Part shown: piece after piece, positions 19,233-29,127 of the stretch
How the letters are laid out: the number at the start of each line of letters is the position of its first letter
How positions within the stretch are numbered: position 1 is the first letter of the stretch
Assembly: GCA_965215185.1 (NCBI GenBank)
Contig: OZ244034.1
Location: 384,001 to 448,000, forward strand
Reading direction: 5' to 3'
Source: Acidimicrobiia bacterium
GTDB taxonomy: Bacteria; Actinomycetota; Acidimicrobiia; Spongiisociales; ZC4RG35
DNA: 64,000 nt
Program-made: the position numbers and the translations under genes
Notes under the pieces: model-generated
What the model was told of the DNA's origin: nothing
The model's database searches: none
Seen by the model: the letters and a program-made list of their open reading frames with translations, nothing else

Positions 19233-20282
19233 ATGATGAGCAACGGCACAGGAATCATCCCTTCAGTCGTCTCCCATCCCGCCGATCCGGGTTCCACCGA
19301 CCGTCCGGAAACAGGGGAGGCAGTGTTGCACGGTTGGAGCGATGCCCAACTTCACGACATCTTCCGATCCATGTACACGATCCGACGGTTTGAAGTAACC
19401 ATGGAGCGGGCCCACCTCGCCGGTGAACTGTATGGTCCCTTTCACTCCTCAATGGGGCAGGAGGCCATTTCGGTGGGAGTTTGCGCGGCTCTCCGTAGTG
19501 ATGATGTGGTCACTTCGACTCACCGGGGGCATGGACACGCCATCGCCAAGGGCGCGCAACTCGGCCCGGTCTGTGCGGAGCTGTGGGGGAGGGCCACCGG
19601 TTACTGTGGAGGCAAAGGCGGATCGATGCACATCGTGAGCACCGAGCACGGGTTTATCGGCCAGAGTCCGATCATCGGGGGAAGCAGCCTGCTGGCCACC
19701 GGCGCCGCTCTTTCTTTTGATCTGACCGGGGACTCGCGGGTGGCCGTGGCGTTCTTGGGAGATGGCGCGGTGGGACAAGGCGTCTTCCATGAGACGCTCA
19801 ATCTGGCGGCCATTTGGCATCTTCCGGTGGTATTTGTGGTGGAGAACAACGGATACGCCCATTCATTCCGGGCGGATCAGATGCAGTTGAACCCCGACGT
19901 AGCCTCCCGGGCGGAAGGCTACGGGATAGCGGGGGTGGTCGTCGACGGTATTGATGTTTTTGCGGTTTACGCGGCTACCAGGAATGCGGTGGCTCGGGCG
20001 CGGGCGGGCAATGGTCCCACGCTGATAGAAGCCAAGTGCTACCGGTGGCGGGGACACAACCTAGGGGACGCCGAGCATCTGTACCGGGAGCGAGGAGAAG
20101 TGGAGGAGGCGCGAAGGAACGATCCGCTGGAAAGATTCCGTCGCGCCGCATCCGAGCGGGTGCCGTCCGCTATCTGGGCCGAAATCGAGGCGGCGGTGGA
20201 CAAAGAGATAGATGAGGCGGCCAGATTCGCCGCCGAATCCCCTTTTCCCGATCCGCAAACCGCGTTGGAGGGAAGTCTCTGA
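19233..20282 (+). CDS. TPP-dependent dehydrogenase E1 alpha subunit (AcoA/PdhA-like)
   Basis: GQEAI, THRGHGH, GKGGSMH, GDGA...VENN, YRWRGH. Confidence 0.93.
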   Translation: MMSNGTGIIPSVVSHPADPGSTDRPETGEAVLHGWSDAQLHDIFRSMYTIRRFEVTMERAHLAGELYGPFHSSMGQEAISVGVCAALRSDDVVTSTHRGHGHAIAKGAQLGPVCAELWGRATGYCGGKGGSMHIVSTEHGFIGQSPIIGGSSLLATGAALSFDLTGDSRVAVAFLGDGAVGQGVFHETLNLAAIWHLPVVFVVENNGYAHSFRADQMQLNPDVASRAEGYGIAGVVVDGIDVFAVYAATRNAVARARAGNGPTLIEAKCYRWRGHNLGDAEHLYRERGEVEEARRNDPLERFRRAASERVPSAIWAEIEAAVDKEIDEAARFAAESPFPDPQTALEGSL

Positions 20283-21274
20283 TGCGGGAGATCATGTTCA
20301 TCGAAGCAGTGCGGGAGGCACAGGCCGAAGCCTTGGTGGCTGATGACCGGGTGTTCGTGATGGGACAGGAGATCGGTTCCTACGGAGGGGTATTTCGGGC
20401 TACGCAGGATTTCGTCCGCCGGTTCGGTGATAAGCGGGTGCGGGACATGCCGATCGCCGAGCAGTCGATGCTGGGCGCGGGGGTGGGAGCGGCGGTGATG
20501 GGGATGCGTCCCATCGTTGAGGTCATGTTCATGGACTTTGTCGCCTGCGGGATGGACGCCATCGTCAACCACGCCGCCAAGATGCGTTACATGTCCGGTG
20601 ACCAGTTGCGGGTGCCGATGGTCATCCGCACCCAGGGGGGCTCCGGCACCCATCACGGGTCACAACACTCGCAGACTCTGGAGAGTTGGTTCCTGCACGT
20701 TCCTGGTTTGGCGGTGGTGGTGCCCTCCACTCCCCAGGATGTGAAGGGCCTTTTCAAGAGCTCGATAGATCTTGACCATCCGGTACTGTTTGTCGAACAC
20801 CGAGCTCTGTACCGGACCAAGGGAATGGTCACGGATCCGGTGGCGCCGATCCCGCTGGGAAGAGGGGTGATCCGACGCAATGGGCAGGACGTCACGGTGG
20901 CCACCATCGGAAAGTCTGTCCGGCAGGCGCTGACCGCGGCCCGGCAAATGGAAGAGGAAGGAATCTCGGTGGAGGTTATCGACCTTCGGACCCTGGTGCC
21001 CATGGATGTCGAGATCGTGTTGGAGTCGTTGTCCCGCACCCATCGGCTGGTAGTAGCCCACGAGGCTGTGGAGAGGGGAGGATGGGCCGGTGAGTTGGTC
21101 AGCCGGGTGGTCGCGGAGGGATTCGACGAACTCGACGCGCCTCCCCTGCGGGCGGGCAGCCGGGCGACGCCCATCCCGTTCGCCCGGGAGTTGGAGGCAG
21201 CCATGATATGCGATGAGAGACTGATCGCAAAGCGCATACGACAAAGCCTGGGAATGATGGAGTACTCAACATGA
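20282..21274 (+). CDS. TPP-dependent dehydrogenase E1 beta subunit (AcoB/PdhB-like)
   Basis: DMPIAEQ, RPIVEVMFMDF, QHSQTLE, VEVIDLRTL. Confidence 0.93.
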   Translation: MREIMFIEAVREAQAEALVADDRVFVMGQEIGSYGGVFRATQDFVRRFGDKRVRDMPIAEQSMLGAGVGAAVMGMRPIVEVMFMDFVACGMDAIVNHAAKMRYMSGDQLRVPMVIRTQGGSGTHHGSQHSQTLESWFLHVPGLAVVVPSTPQDVKGLFKSSIDLDHPVLFVEHRALYRTKGMVTDPVAPIPLGRGVIRRNGQDVTVATIGKSVRQALTAARQMEEEGISVEVIDLRTLVPMDVEIVLESLSRTHRLVVAHEAVERGGWAGELVSRVVAEGFDELDAPPLRAGSRATPIPFARELEAAMICDERLIAKRIRQSLGMMEYST

Positions 21275-23301
21275 GCAGGGCGGCGGTCGATATCGGGGGG
21301 ACCTTCACCGACGTGGTCACGGTGAACGAGTCCACTGGTGAACTGATTCAGGCCAAAGCCCTGACCACCTACCCCGATCCCACGCCAGGCTTTCTGACTG
21401 CGCTTGCCAAAGCCACCGATCGAGCCGACCTCGATACGGTCGGGTACGGGACCACCCTGGCCACCAACGCGGTATTGACCAAATCAGGCGCCAAGACGGC
21501 GTTGTTGACCACCGAGGGGTTCCGTGACGTCCTGGAGATCCGGCGCACCCACCGGTCCACCCTATTCGACATCTATGAAAAGATCCCCCCTCCCATCGTC
21601 CCTCGACCATTGCGGTTCGAGATCCCCGAAAGAACTGCTGCGGATGGCAGTGAGGTGACAGCGCTCGACGAGCGGGCGGTGCGGGCTGCGGCGGTGCGTA
21701 TGCGCCGGGCCGGGGTGGAGTCGATCGCGGTCTCCTACCTCTTTTCCTTCATGAACCCCGATCACGAGCTTCGCACCCGGGAGATACTGAGAGAAGAGTT
21801 GCCGGATCTGCGCGATGACATAACCATCTCATCGGAGGCGCTTCCCCTCCACCGCGAATACGAGCGGACCAGCACCACGGTGATGAACGCCTACCTGACT
21901 CCTTTGGTGCGCAGCTACTTCAGCCGGCTGCGGACCGAGCTTCAGGAGAGCAAGCTTTATGCATGGCTGCAGATGATGCAGTCCAACGGTGGTCTGGTGC
22001 GTCCCGAGCGGGCCGCCGCTTTTCCGATCCTGACTCTGTTGTCAGGGCCGGCCGGGGGAGTGATGGCGTCAGCCTATTTAGGACAGCTGTTGGGTGAGGC
22101 CCAGCTCCTCACCCTCGATATGGGAGGCACCAGTTGTGACGTGGCCGGCATAACGGACGGCGAACCGGACACGCGCCTGGATTTTGAGATTGGCGGCTAT
22201 GCGGTCTCGTATCCCACTTTAGACATCCACACCGTGGGCGCGGGTGGGGGGAGCATCGCCAAAGTCGATGATTTCGGAAGGATGTCGGTTGGTCCGGATT
22301 CGGCGGGCTCCGATCCGGGTCCGGCCTGTTACGGCCGGGGCGGAGATTTGCCCACCGTCACGGACGCCAACCTGTTGTTGGGTGTCTACGATCCCGATTT
22401 TCAGTTGGGAGGGGAGATATATCCGGACATCGATTTGGCCGCCCGAGCCATCGAAAGGCATGTTGGCAAACCGCTGGGTATTTCGGTGACCGAGGCGGCT
22501 GTGGGGATCGTGCGGCTGGTCAATGCCAACATGATGCACGCCCTGCGGACTGTCTCCATAGAGCGGGGCCGGGATCCCCGTGACTTCTCGCTGGTGCCCT
22601 TCGGTGGAGCCGGTCCCACTCACGGGGTGCACATCGCAGAGGAACTGGCGTTGCGCCGGGTGTTGATTCCCCCCATTCCAGGTTGCAACTCGGCGTTGGG
22701 AATCCTCTCCTCCGATGTCCGTCACGACTTGGTGGCAACTCTGCGAGCCCGCATGGTTCACCTGGATCCGTCCGACTTGGGAGAGGCTTTGTCGGTGATG
22801 GCGGGGGAAGCGGACCGGGAACTTGAACAGGACGGTATCCATCCCGAAAGCCGCAGCCTGCGGGCCAGTCTCGATATGCGCTACGCCGGTCAGGCCTATG
22901 AGATCAACGTGCCCCTCGCCTCGCTTTGTCCGGGTTCTGGCACGCTGGGCAGGGCGATCTCCGACTTCCACCTCGCCCACAAGACCCGCTATGGGCATGC
23001 CTTGGGCGATGATCTGGTCGACCTCGTGAACGTGAGGCTTACCGGTCTGGGCGCCACACCCAAGCCACTTCTGGGCGGCGCCGCCTCCACGTCGGGGGAG
23101 GCCGAACCCCGCTCGCATCGGAGGGTGGTTTCGGTCCGTGGAGAGTCAGCGGTGGTCCCCATCTATTACCGAGCCGATTTGCTCCCCGGACATACCCTGT
23201 CCACACCCTCGGTGATCCAGCAATTGGACTCCACCACCTACCTCCCGTTTGGTGAGGCCCGGGTGCATGCGACCGGCGCCATAGTGGTGGACTTGCCATG
23301 A
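21271..23301 (+). CDS. Hydantoinase/oxoprolinase family subunit A (second copy)
   Basis: DIGGTFTD, GTTLATNA, REYERTSTT, SGPAGG, DMGGTSCD, PGPACYG. Confidence 0.93.
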   Translation: MSRAAVDIGGTFTDVVTVNESTGELIQAKALTTYPDPTPGFLTALAKATDRADLDTVGYGTTLATNAVLTKSGAKTALLTTEGFRDVLEIRRTHRSTLFDIYEKIPPPIVPRPLRFEIPERTAADGSEVTALDERAVRAAAVRMRRAGVESIAVSYLFSFMNPDHELRTREILREELPDLRDDITISSEALPLHREYERTSTTVMNAYLTPLVRSYFSRLRTELQESKLYAWLQMMQSNGGLVRPERAAAFPILTLLSGPAGGVMASAYLGQLLGEAQLLTLDMGGTSCDVAGITDGEPDTRLDFEIGGYAVSYPTLDIHTVGAGGGSIAKVDDFGRMSVGPDSAGSDPGPACYGRGGDLPTVTDANLLLGVYDPDFQLGGEIYPDIDLAARAIERHVGKPLGISVTEAAVGIVRLVNANMMHALRTVSIERGRDPRDFSLVPFGGAGPTHGVHIAEELALRRVLIPPIPGCNSALGILSSDVRHDLVATLRARMVHLDPSDLGEALSVMAGEADRELEQDGIHPESRSLRASLDMRYAGQAYEINVPLASLCPGSGTLGRAISDFHLAHKTRYGHALGDDLVDLVNVRLTGLGATPKPLLGGAASTSGEAEPRSHRRVVSVRGESAVVPIYYRADLLPGHTLSTPSVIQQLDSTTYLPFGEARVHATGAIVVDLP

Positions 23302-25067
23302 GTGGCTACCAGGTGGATCCCGTCACGGTTGAGGTGGTGACCAGCGGCTTGGCCGCCGGCGCCCGGGAGATGGGCATCACCATGCGTCAGACCTCCAGCT
23401 CGACGATCTTCAATGAGGGAAACGATTACTCCTGTGGGATCTTCAACGCTCAGACCGAGTTGGTGAGCCATGGTGAATTTCTTCCGATCCATCTCGGCTC
23501 CCTGCCCTACTCAGTGAAATACTCCATCGAAGAAGTGGGGGTCGATCGGTTCCGTCCGGGGGATTCGATCATCTTGAACGATCCCTTCCGCGGGGGTTCC
23601 CACCTGCCGGACGTAACGCTGGTCACTCCCATCTTCCACCAGGGCAAGCTGATCGGCTGGGGCGCCAACCGTGCTCACCATCTGGATGTGGGTGGAACGG
23701 TGCCGGGCAGCTTCTACGCTCAGGCGCGCGAGAATTACCAGGAGGGTCTGCGCATACCTCCGGTCAAGCTGATCAAAGAGGGGAAGGTCAACGAGGAGAT
23801 CATGGACATGATCCTGGCCAACGTGCGACTCCCCAAAAACATGCGGTCCGACCTGTTGAGCCAGGTTTCGGCCAATCTCACCGCTCGTAGGCGCTTGATC
23901 GAGTTGGTGGAGCGATATGGACTGGAAACCGTGGAGCGGTGCATGGCGATCGAGATGGACAACTCGGAGCGTCGTATCCGCTCGGTGATAGCCGGTTGGC
24001 CCGACGGCCGGTATTCCGCCGAGGATTCCATGGACAACGATGGGATCACCGATGTTCCCCGGACCGTGCGGGTAACGGTGGAGGTCCGCGGAGACGGGGT
24101 GGTGGTGGATTTCACCGGCACCGACTCACAGGTGGAGGGTCCGCTCAACAGCGTTTTGGGCTACACCGCCTCTGGTGTGTACATGACCATTCAGGCCGCC
24201 ACCGATCCCACCATTCCTCCCAACTCCGGTTGTTACCGTCCGATCCAGATCATCGCTCCCGAAGGCACGGTCGTCAACCCGCGCTTTCCGGCGGCCTGCA
24301 CCGGCGGCAACGAGATCGTCTCGATTATCCACAATGCGGTGTATCGGGCGCTGGCGGAGATCCCCCGCGACATACCCAATCCGGTTCTACTGATGGCGGC
24401 AGACCAGGGTTCTTCCAACAATCTATTTCTGAGCGGCTTCGGCGAAGATGGAGAACGGTTCGTTCTCTACGAGTATCCCGAAGGCGGGTGGGGCGGCGCA
24501 GAGGGCCGAGACGGTCAGAGCGCCATCTATTCGATCATCGGAAACACCTGGAACCTTCCGGTGGAGGCGATAGAGATGAAATATCCGCTCCGCATCGATC
24601 GCTACGAGCTTCGCCAGGACTCCGGGGGGCCTGGAAAGTGGCGCGGTGGGCTGTCGATTCGACGTGATTACCGGTTATTGGCCTCCTCGGGAGAGTTGTC
24701 GGTGCTCGGGAACCGGGTGCGAGTTCCTCCCTACGGGCTGTTCGGGGGCCATAGCGGCGGTGCGGCCCGGTACCGGCTGGACCCGGGAACCGACAATGAG
24801 CGACTGGCTGCGCCGGAGTTCGGCGCCAAGAAGTCGATGGTTCCCTTGGTGCGCAACCAGGTGGTCGGCCAGGAAACTGCTGGGGGCGGTGGATACGGCG
24901 ATCCGTTGGACCGGGATCCTCTGGCGGTGGTCCGCGATGTCGAGTATGGCTATGTCTCCCTCCAGAGCGCCTTGGAAAACTACGGGGTGGTAATCGATGA
25001 AGAGGGCGCACTTGATGAGGAAAGAACAGCAGCCCGCCGAGCGAGGCTGAGGGCGAGCCGCCAATGA
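23298..25067 (+). CDS. Hydantoinase B/oxoprolinase family subunit (second copy)
   Basis: DYSCGIF, NDPFRGGSHLPD, HHLDVGG, SGGPGKWRGG, GGGGYGDP. Confidence 0.93.
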   Translation: MSGYQVDPVTVEVVTSGLAAGAREMGITMRQTSSSTIFNEGNDYSCGIFNAQTELVSHGEFLPIHLGSLPYSVKYSIEEVGVDRFRPGDSIILNDPFRGGSHLPDVTLVTPIFHQGKLIGWGANRAHHLDVGGTVPGSFYAQARENYQEGLRIPPVKLIKEGKVNEEIMDMILANVRLPKNMRSDLLSQVSANLTARRRLIELVERYGLETVERCMAIEMDNSERRIRSVIAGWPDGRYSAEDSMDNDGITDVPRTVRVTVEVRGDGVVVDFTGTDSQVEGPLNSVLGYTASGVYMTIQAATDPTIPPNSGCYRPIQIIAPEGTVVNPRFPAACTGGNEIVSIIHNAVYRALAEIPRDIPNPVLLMAADQGSSNNLFLSGFGEDGERFVLYEYPEGGWGGAEGRDGQSAIYSIIGNTWNLPVEAIEMKYPLRIDRYELRQDSGGPGKWRGGLSIRRDYRLLASSGELSVLGNRVRVPPYGLFGGHSGGAARYRLDPGTDNERLAAPEFGAKKSMVPLVRNQVVGQETAGGGGYGDPLDRDPLAVVRDVEYGYVSLQSALENYGVVIDEEGALDEERTAARRARLRASRQ

Positions 25068-26419
25068 AAGACACCGAGCCTCTGCGCAGAAAGGTTGAGG
25101 CCCTCTATCGGGAGCGGACCCCGGCCTCGCGGGCCGTCTGGGAACAAAGCAGTGGCGTCTTGCCGATGGGCGTCTCCGGCGCTGCCAAGTTCTATCCGCC
25201 TTATCCCGTGGCGCTGGCTTCGGGCCGAGGGGGGTGGGTGACCGATGTGGATGGCAATGAGTATGTCGATGTTCTCATGGGTGCCGGATCGTCCCTTCTC
25301 GGCCATTCCCATCCCGCGGTGGTGGACGCGGTGCGGGAGCAAATCGGTCGACTGGCCACCGTTCTGGCGCCCACTCCGATCGAGGCTCGTTTCGCAGTGC
25401 GGCTGCGAGAACTCATGCCATATCTGGAACGCATCCGCTTTGCCAACACCGGGTCCGAGGCAGTACGAACGGCTCTCCGCGCGGCGAGGGCCTTTACTGG
25501 TAAGACTCGCTATGGCAAATTCGAAGGGAACTATCACGGTTCGGATGACTACTTCCTGGTGTCGGGAGGGTCGCGGATCCTGGCAGGATCTCCTCACCGT
25601 CCGCAGCCGGTTTTCGACTCTGCCGGAGTTCCGGACCGCATCGCAGAGGAGGTCCTCTTACTTCCCTACAACGACACGGAGAACACGGTCTCTCTGATCT
25701 GCGAACATGCTTCCGAGTTGGCCGCGGTGGTAATGGAACCGATGGCGTTTTCCACCGGTGGGGCGGTGGTTGCCGACCGCCACTTCGCAAAGGCGGTCCG
25801 GGAGATCACCCGCAAACATGGCATCGTGTTGATCTTTGATGAGGTGGTGACCGGTCTCCGTTTGGGGACCGCCGGGGCACCCGGTTACCTGGGCGTGACG
25901 CCCGATCTTTCCTGTCTGGGGAAAGCTATCGGAGGGGGGCTGCCGCTCTCGGCGCTGGGTGGTCGGGCCGACATTATGGAAGCTGTGCTTGGCCCGTCGG
26001 CGCATGCCAGGGGAACCCGCATATTCCATTCGGGCACCTTCACCGGGAACCCGTTGTCCCTGGCCGCCGGTACGGCGGTGCTCGATGTCCTGGAGCGGGA
26101 GCCGGTGCTCGAACATATCGACTATCTGGGCGCCAGGTTGCTCTCCACCCTCCAGGAGGTCCTGGATGCTCACGGTATGGGCCATATGACCGGATACGGC
26201 TCCATTTTCCAATTGCACTTCACCGAGGCGCCGCCTCGTAACCGGCGGGAGATACTGGCCGGGGATCACGCCCTCTTGAGCGCGGTTTTGCTGGGTCTCT
26301 GCGCCCACGGGATACTGTGGCCACCCGTGCATCCAGGGGTGGTGTCCTACAGCCACACGGAGTCGGACATCGACCGGCTGGCCACGGCCCTGGACACGGT
26401 ATTGGGGATGGCATCTTGA
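25064..26419 (+). CDS. Class III PLP aminotransferase (second copy)
   Basis: DVDGNEYVD, TGSEA, FEGNYHG, LIFDEVVTG, PDLSCLGKAIGGG. Confidence 0.9.
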   Translation: MKDTEPLRRKVEALYRERTPASRAVWEQSSGVLPMGVSGAAKFYPPYPVALASGRGGWVTDVDGNEYVDVLMGAGSSLLGHSHPAVVDAVREQIGRLATVLAPTPIEARFAVRLRELMPYLERIRFANTGSEAVRTALRAARAFTGKTRYGKFEGNYHGSDDYFLVSGGSRILAGSPHRPQPVFDSAGVPDRIAEEVLLLPYNDTENTVSLICEHASELAAVVMEPMAFSTGGAVVADRHFAKAVREITRKHGIVLIFDEVVTGLRLGTAGAPGYLGVTPDLSCLGKAIGGGLPLSALGGRADIMEAVLGPSAHARGTRIFHSGTFTGNPLSLAAGTAVLDVLEREPVLEHIDYLGARLLSTLQEVLDAHGMGHMTGYGSIFQLHFTEAPPRNRREILAGDHALLSAVLLGLCAHGILWPPVHPGVVSYSHTESDIDRLATALDTVLGMAS

Positions 26420-27168
26420 CTCGGGCCGGTCATTCCGGGGAGAGGAGGGTTGCCATCCTCACCGGTGCGGGACGGGGCATCGGCAAAGGTATCGCGGCGA
26501 TTTTGGCCGAACGGGGATACAACCTGGTCATCACTTCCCGCACCGGTGAGGATCTGGAGGGGACCAAGCAACTGGTGGAACAGGCGGGAGCTTCGGCGAC
26601 GATCGCGGTGGCCGACCTCAAAGATCGGGCGACCCCCTCCCGGCTCTTGCACACCGCTCTCGATCGATACGGTCGCCTGGATGGGCTCGTCAACAACGCG
26701 GCTGTCAATTTTTTCGCTCCGTTCTGGACCCAGCCCGACAGCAATCTCGACGAGATAATCGAGACCAACCTCACTGCGCCTTTCTTCCTGTGCCAGGCCG
26801 CGGCCAATTACTGGGTTGCCAACGGCCTGACCGGAGCGATCGTGAATATCAGTTCGGCAGAAGACACCATCGCCTATCCGGAGCAGGTTCCCTACGCCTG
26901 CTCGAAGGGAGGGCTCCTCTCAATGACCAAGGTTCTGGCTCTTGAATGGGGGCCGCTGGGGATCAGGGTGAACGCGGTTAGCCCCGGTTCGGTGGACACC
27001 GAAATGACCCCCGATGTCTATCGCAAAGAAGCCCCAAAGCTCATGCCGATCGGCAGGCTGGGCCGCCCGGAGGATATCGGAGCCTGTGTTTTCTTTCTGC
27101 TGAGCGACGACGCCGCCTTCGTGACCGGCACAGCCCTGTATGCCGACGGGGGGTACATGCTGCAATGA
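26416..27168 (+). CDS. Short-chain dehydrogenase/reductase
   Basis: TGAGRGIG, NNAA, YACSK catalytic motif, RVNAVSPG; TTG start at 26416 inferred. Confidence 0.92.
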   Translation: MTRAGHSGERRVAILTGAGRGIGKGIAAILAERGYNLVITSRTGEDLEGTKQLVEQAGASATIAVADLKDRATPSRLLHTALDRYGRLDGLVNNAAVNFFAPFWTQPDSNLDEIIETNLTAPFFLCQAAANYWVANGLTGAIVNISSAEDTIAYPEQVPYACSKGGLLSMTKVLALEWGPLGIRVNAVSPGSVDTEMTPDVYRKEAPKLMPIGRLGRPEDIGACVFFLLSDDAAFVTGTALYADGGYMLQ

Positions 27169-27917
27169 GTGGGAAGCTGGCCGGAAAGCACGCCATCGTC
27201 ACGGGAGCCGCCTCGGGCATCGGAAGAGCCACCGCCATGAGGCTGGCGGCGGACGGCGCCAACACCTTCTGTGTGGATCGGGATGAGGCGGGTCTGGCGA
27301 AAGTGGTCGACATCCTGGGTCAGGGCCATATCGGATTCACCGCCGATCTGAGCCTCGCCTCGTCATGTGAGGAGGTAGTGGCAACGGCCCTGAAGCACTG
27401 GGACCACCGGATTCATATCCTGGTCAACGCCGCGGCGATCCTGATCCGTGAACCGACATTGCAGCATTCTAGGACTGCTTGGAATCTGACCTTCGACATC
27501 AACTTGAAGGCGCCGTTCCGTCTGTCCAGAGATGTGGTCGCATCCATGATCGAGGCTGGAATTCGCGGAGCGATAGTCAACCTGGGTTCCATCGAAGCAG
27601 TGCTCCCGGGACGCGGACATGCCGCTTACACCGCCTCCAAGGGAGCGATCACCATGCTGACTCGGTCGGCGGCCTTCGAGACTGCACCGTACGGGATCCG
27701 CGTCAACGCGGTGGCGCCGGGGGTTGTGGCCACCGGCATGAACGCCGATCTGCGGGAGGATCAGGAAAGCTGGGAGCAGATGCTGGCAGGCACCCCGATG
27801 GGCCGCCATGCCGAACCCGAGGAGATCGCCGCTGTTATAGCCTTCCTGGCATCCGACGACCCCAGCTTCGTAACCGGAGCGATCGTCACCGCTGACGGCG
27901 GCTGGACGCTTCATTGA
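27165..27917 (+). CDS. Short-chain dehydrogenase/reductase
   Basis: TGAASGIG, YTASK, RVNAVAPG, DGG. Confidence 0.92.
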   Translation: MSGKLAGKHAIVTGAASGIGRATAMRLAADGANTFCVDRDEAGLAKVVDILGQGHIGFTADLSLASSCEEVVATALKHWDHRIHILVNAAAILIREPTLQHSRTAWNLTFDINLKAPFRLSRDVVASMIEAGIRGAIVNLGSIEAVLPGRGHAAYTASKGAITMLTRSAAFETAPYGIRVNAVAPGVVATGMNADLREDQESWEQMLAGTPMGRHAEPEEIAAVIAFLASDDPSFVTGAIVTADGGWTLH

Positions 27918-27931
27918 TAAGGAGGGATGCG

Positions 27932-29086
27932 ATGGCAGAGGACATGCGACTGGTGAAGATGCCCCGGCTGGGTCAGGACATGGAAGAAGGGGTGATTGTG
28001 CAATGGCTCAAGTCGGTGGGAGATGAAGTCGGGGAGGGTGAGATCTTGGCGGTGATCGAGACCGACAAGGCCGAGGTGGCCTTCGAGGCGCCTTCGGGCG
28101 GCTACCTGGTGGCGGTGTTGATGGAGCCGGGGTCCACTGTCGCCACCGGCGAGCCGATCGCCTGGATCGCCGATGACCCTTCCGCTCAACCCCCTTCGGT
28201 CGAGTCCCAACTGGTCCCGAGCCCCACCGATCCGGCGCCCTCGGGGAATGCCACCCCCCGGCAGCAGGCGCCACCAGCTCCGCCCCCGCGTTCTCGCCGG
28301 AAGCCGGTCTCTCCGCTTGCCCGCCGAAAGGCAGGGGAGCTAGGGGTAGATCTGGAGGATGTGGAAGGCACGGGACCGGGTGGCAGGGTCACTGCCGATG
28401 ACGTATTGCTTGCCCATCGCAGCGCACAGGCGCAGGTCCGACAATCGGGTGAGCTGTCCCGCATGCGTCTGGCGATCGCCGCCCGCATGTCAAAGTCGGC
28501 CATGGTGCCCCAGTTTCAACTCATGCGGGAAATTGTTTTGGACAAGCTTGAACACACCGGCGATGGTCCGAAGGTCACTTACACGGATCTCCTCCTGTGG
28601 GCGACCGCCCAAGCCCTGGACCGGACCCCGGCGGTCAATTCCAGTTGGATCGAAGGAGACCCGCCCAGAATCCGAGTCCATCCCACCGTTAATCTCGGGT
28701 TCGCCATGGCGGTCGATGAAGGGTTGATCGTGCCGGTGATCCGGGACGCCGCCACTATGAGCCTTGCCCAAATAGCAGCGGCGCGTCGTCGTTTGGAAGG
28801 GGCGGTCCGCCAGGGAGGTCTGCGCCCCGAAGAATTGCAGGGCGCCACCTTCACGGTCTCCAACCTGGGGGGAGCGGGTGTGGACGAGTTCACGGCTCTG
28901 ATCAACCCACCGGAAGCGGGGATTCTGGCGGTGGGGGCCGTCAAACCCAGGCCCATAGTGTCGGACGGGGAACTGGTGGCGGCATTGACAGTGCGGCTCA
29001 CCCTGACCGGGGACCATCGGGTCTTCGACGGCATGGAGGGGGCCCGTTTCCTGGCCGCCATCGCCGGACGGCTGCAATCCTTTTAA
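27932..29086 (+). CDS. Dihydrolipoamide acyltransferase (E2)
   Basis: Lipoyl motif ETDKA, E3-binding SPLARRKA...GTGPGGRV, FTVSNLG, catalytic DHRVFDG. Confidence 0.93.
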   Translation: MAEDMRLVKMPRLGQDMEEGVIVQWLKSVGDEVGEGEILAVIETDKAEVAFEAPSGGYLVAVLMEPGSTVATGEPIAWIADDPSAQPPSVESQLVPSPTDPAPSGNATPRQQAPPAPPPRSRRKPVSPLARRKAGELGVDLEDVEGTGPGGRVTADDVLLAHRSAQAQVRQSGELSRMRLAIAARMSKSAMVPQFQLMREIVLDKLEHTGDGPKVTYTDLLLWATAQALDRTPAVNSSWIEGDPPRIRVHPTVNLGFAMAVDEGLIVPVIRDAATMSLAQIAAARRRLEGAVRQGGLRPEELQGATFTVSNLGGAGVDEFTALINPPEAGILAVGAVKPRPIVSDGELVAALTVRLTLTGDHRVFDGMEGARFLAAIAGRLQSF

Positions 29087-29127
29087 TACCCAAACCGCGA
29101 CATCAAGAACAACCATACGAAAGGGGC

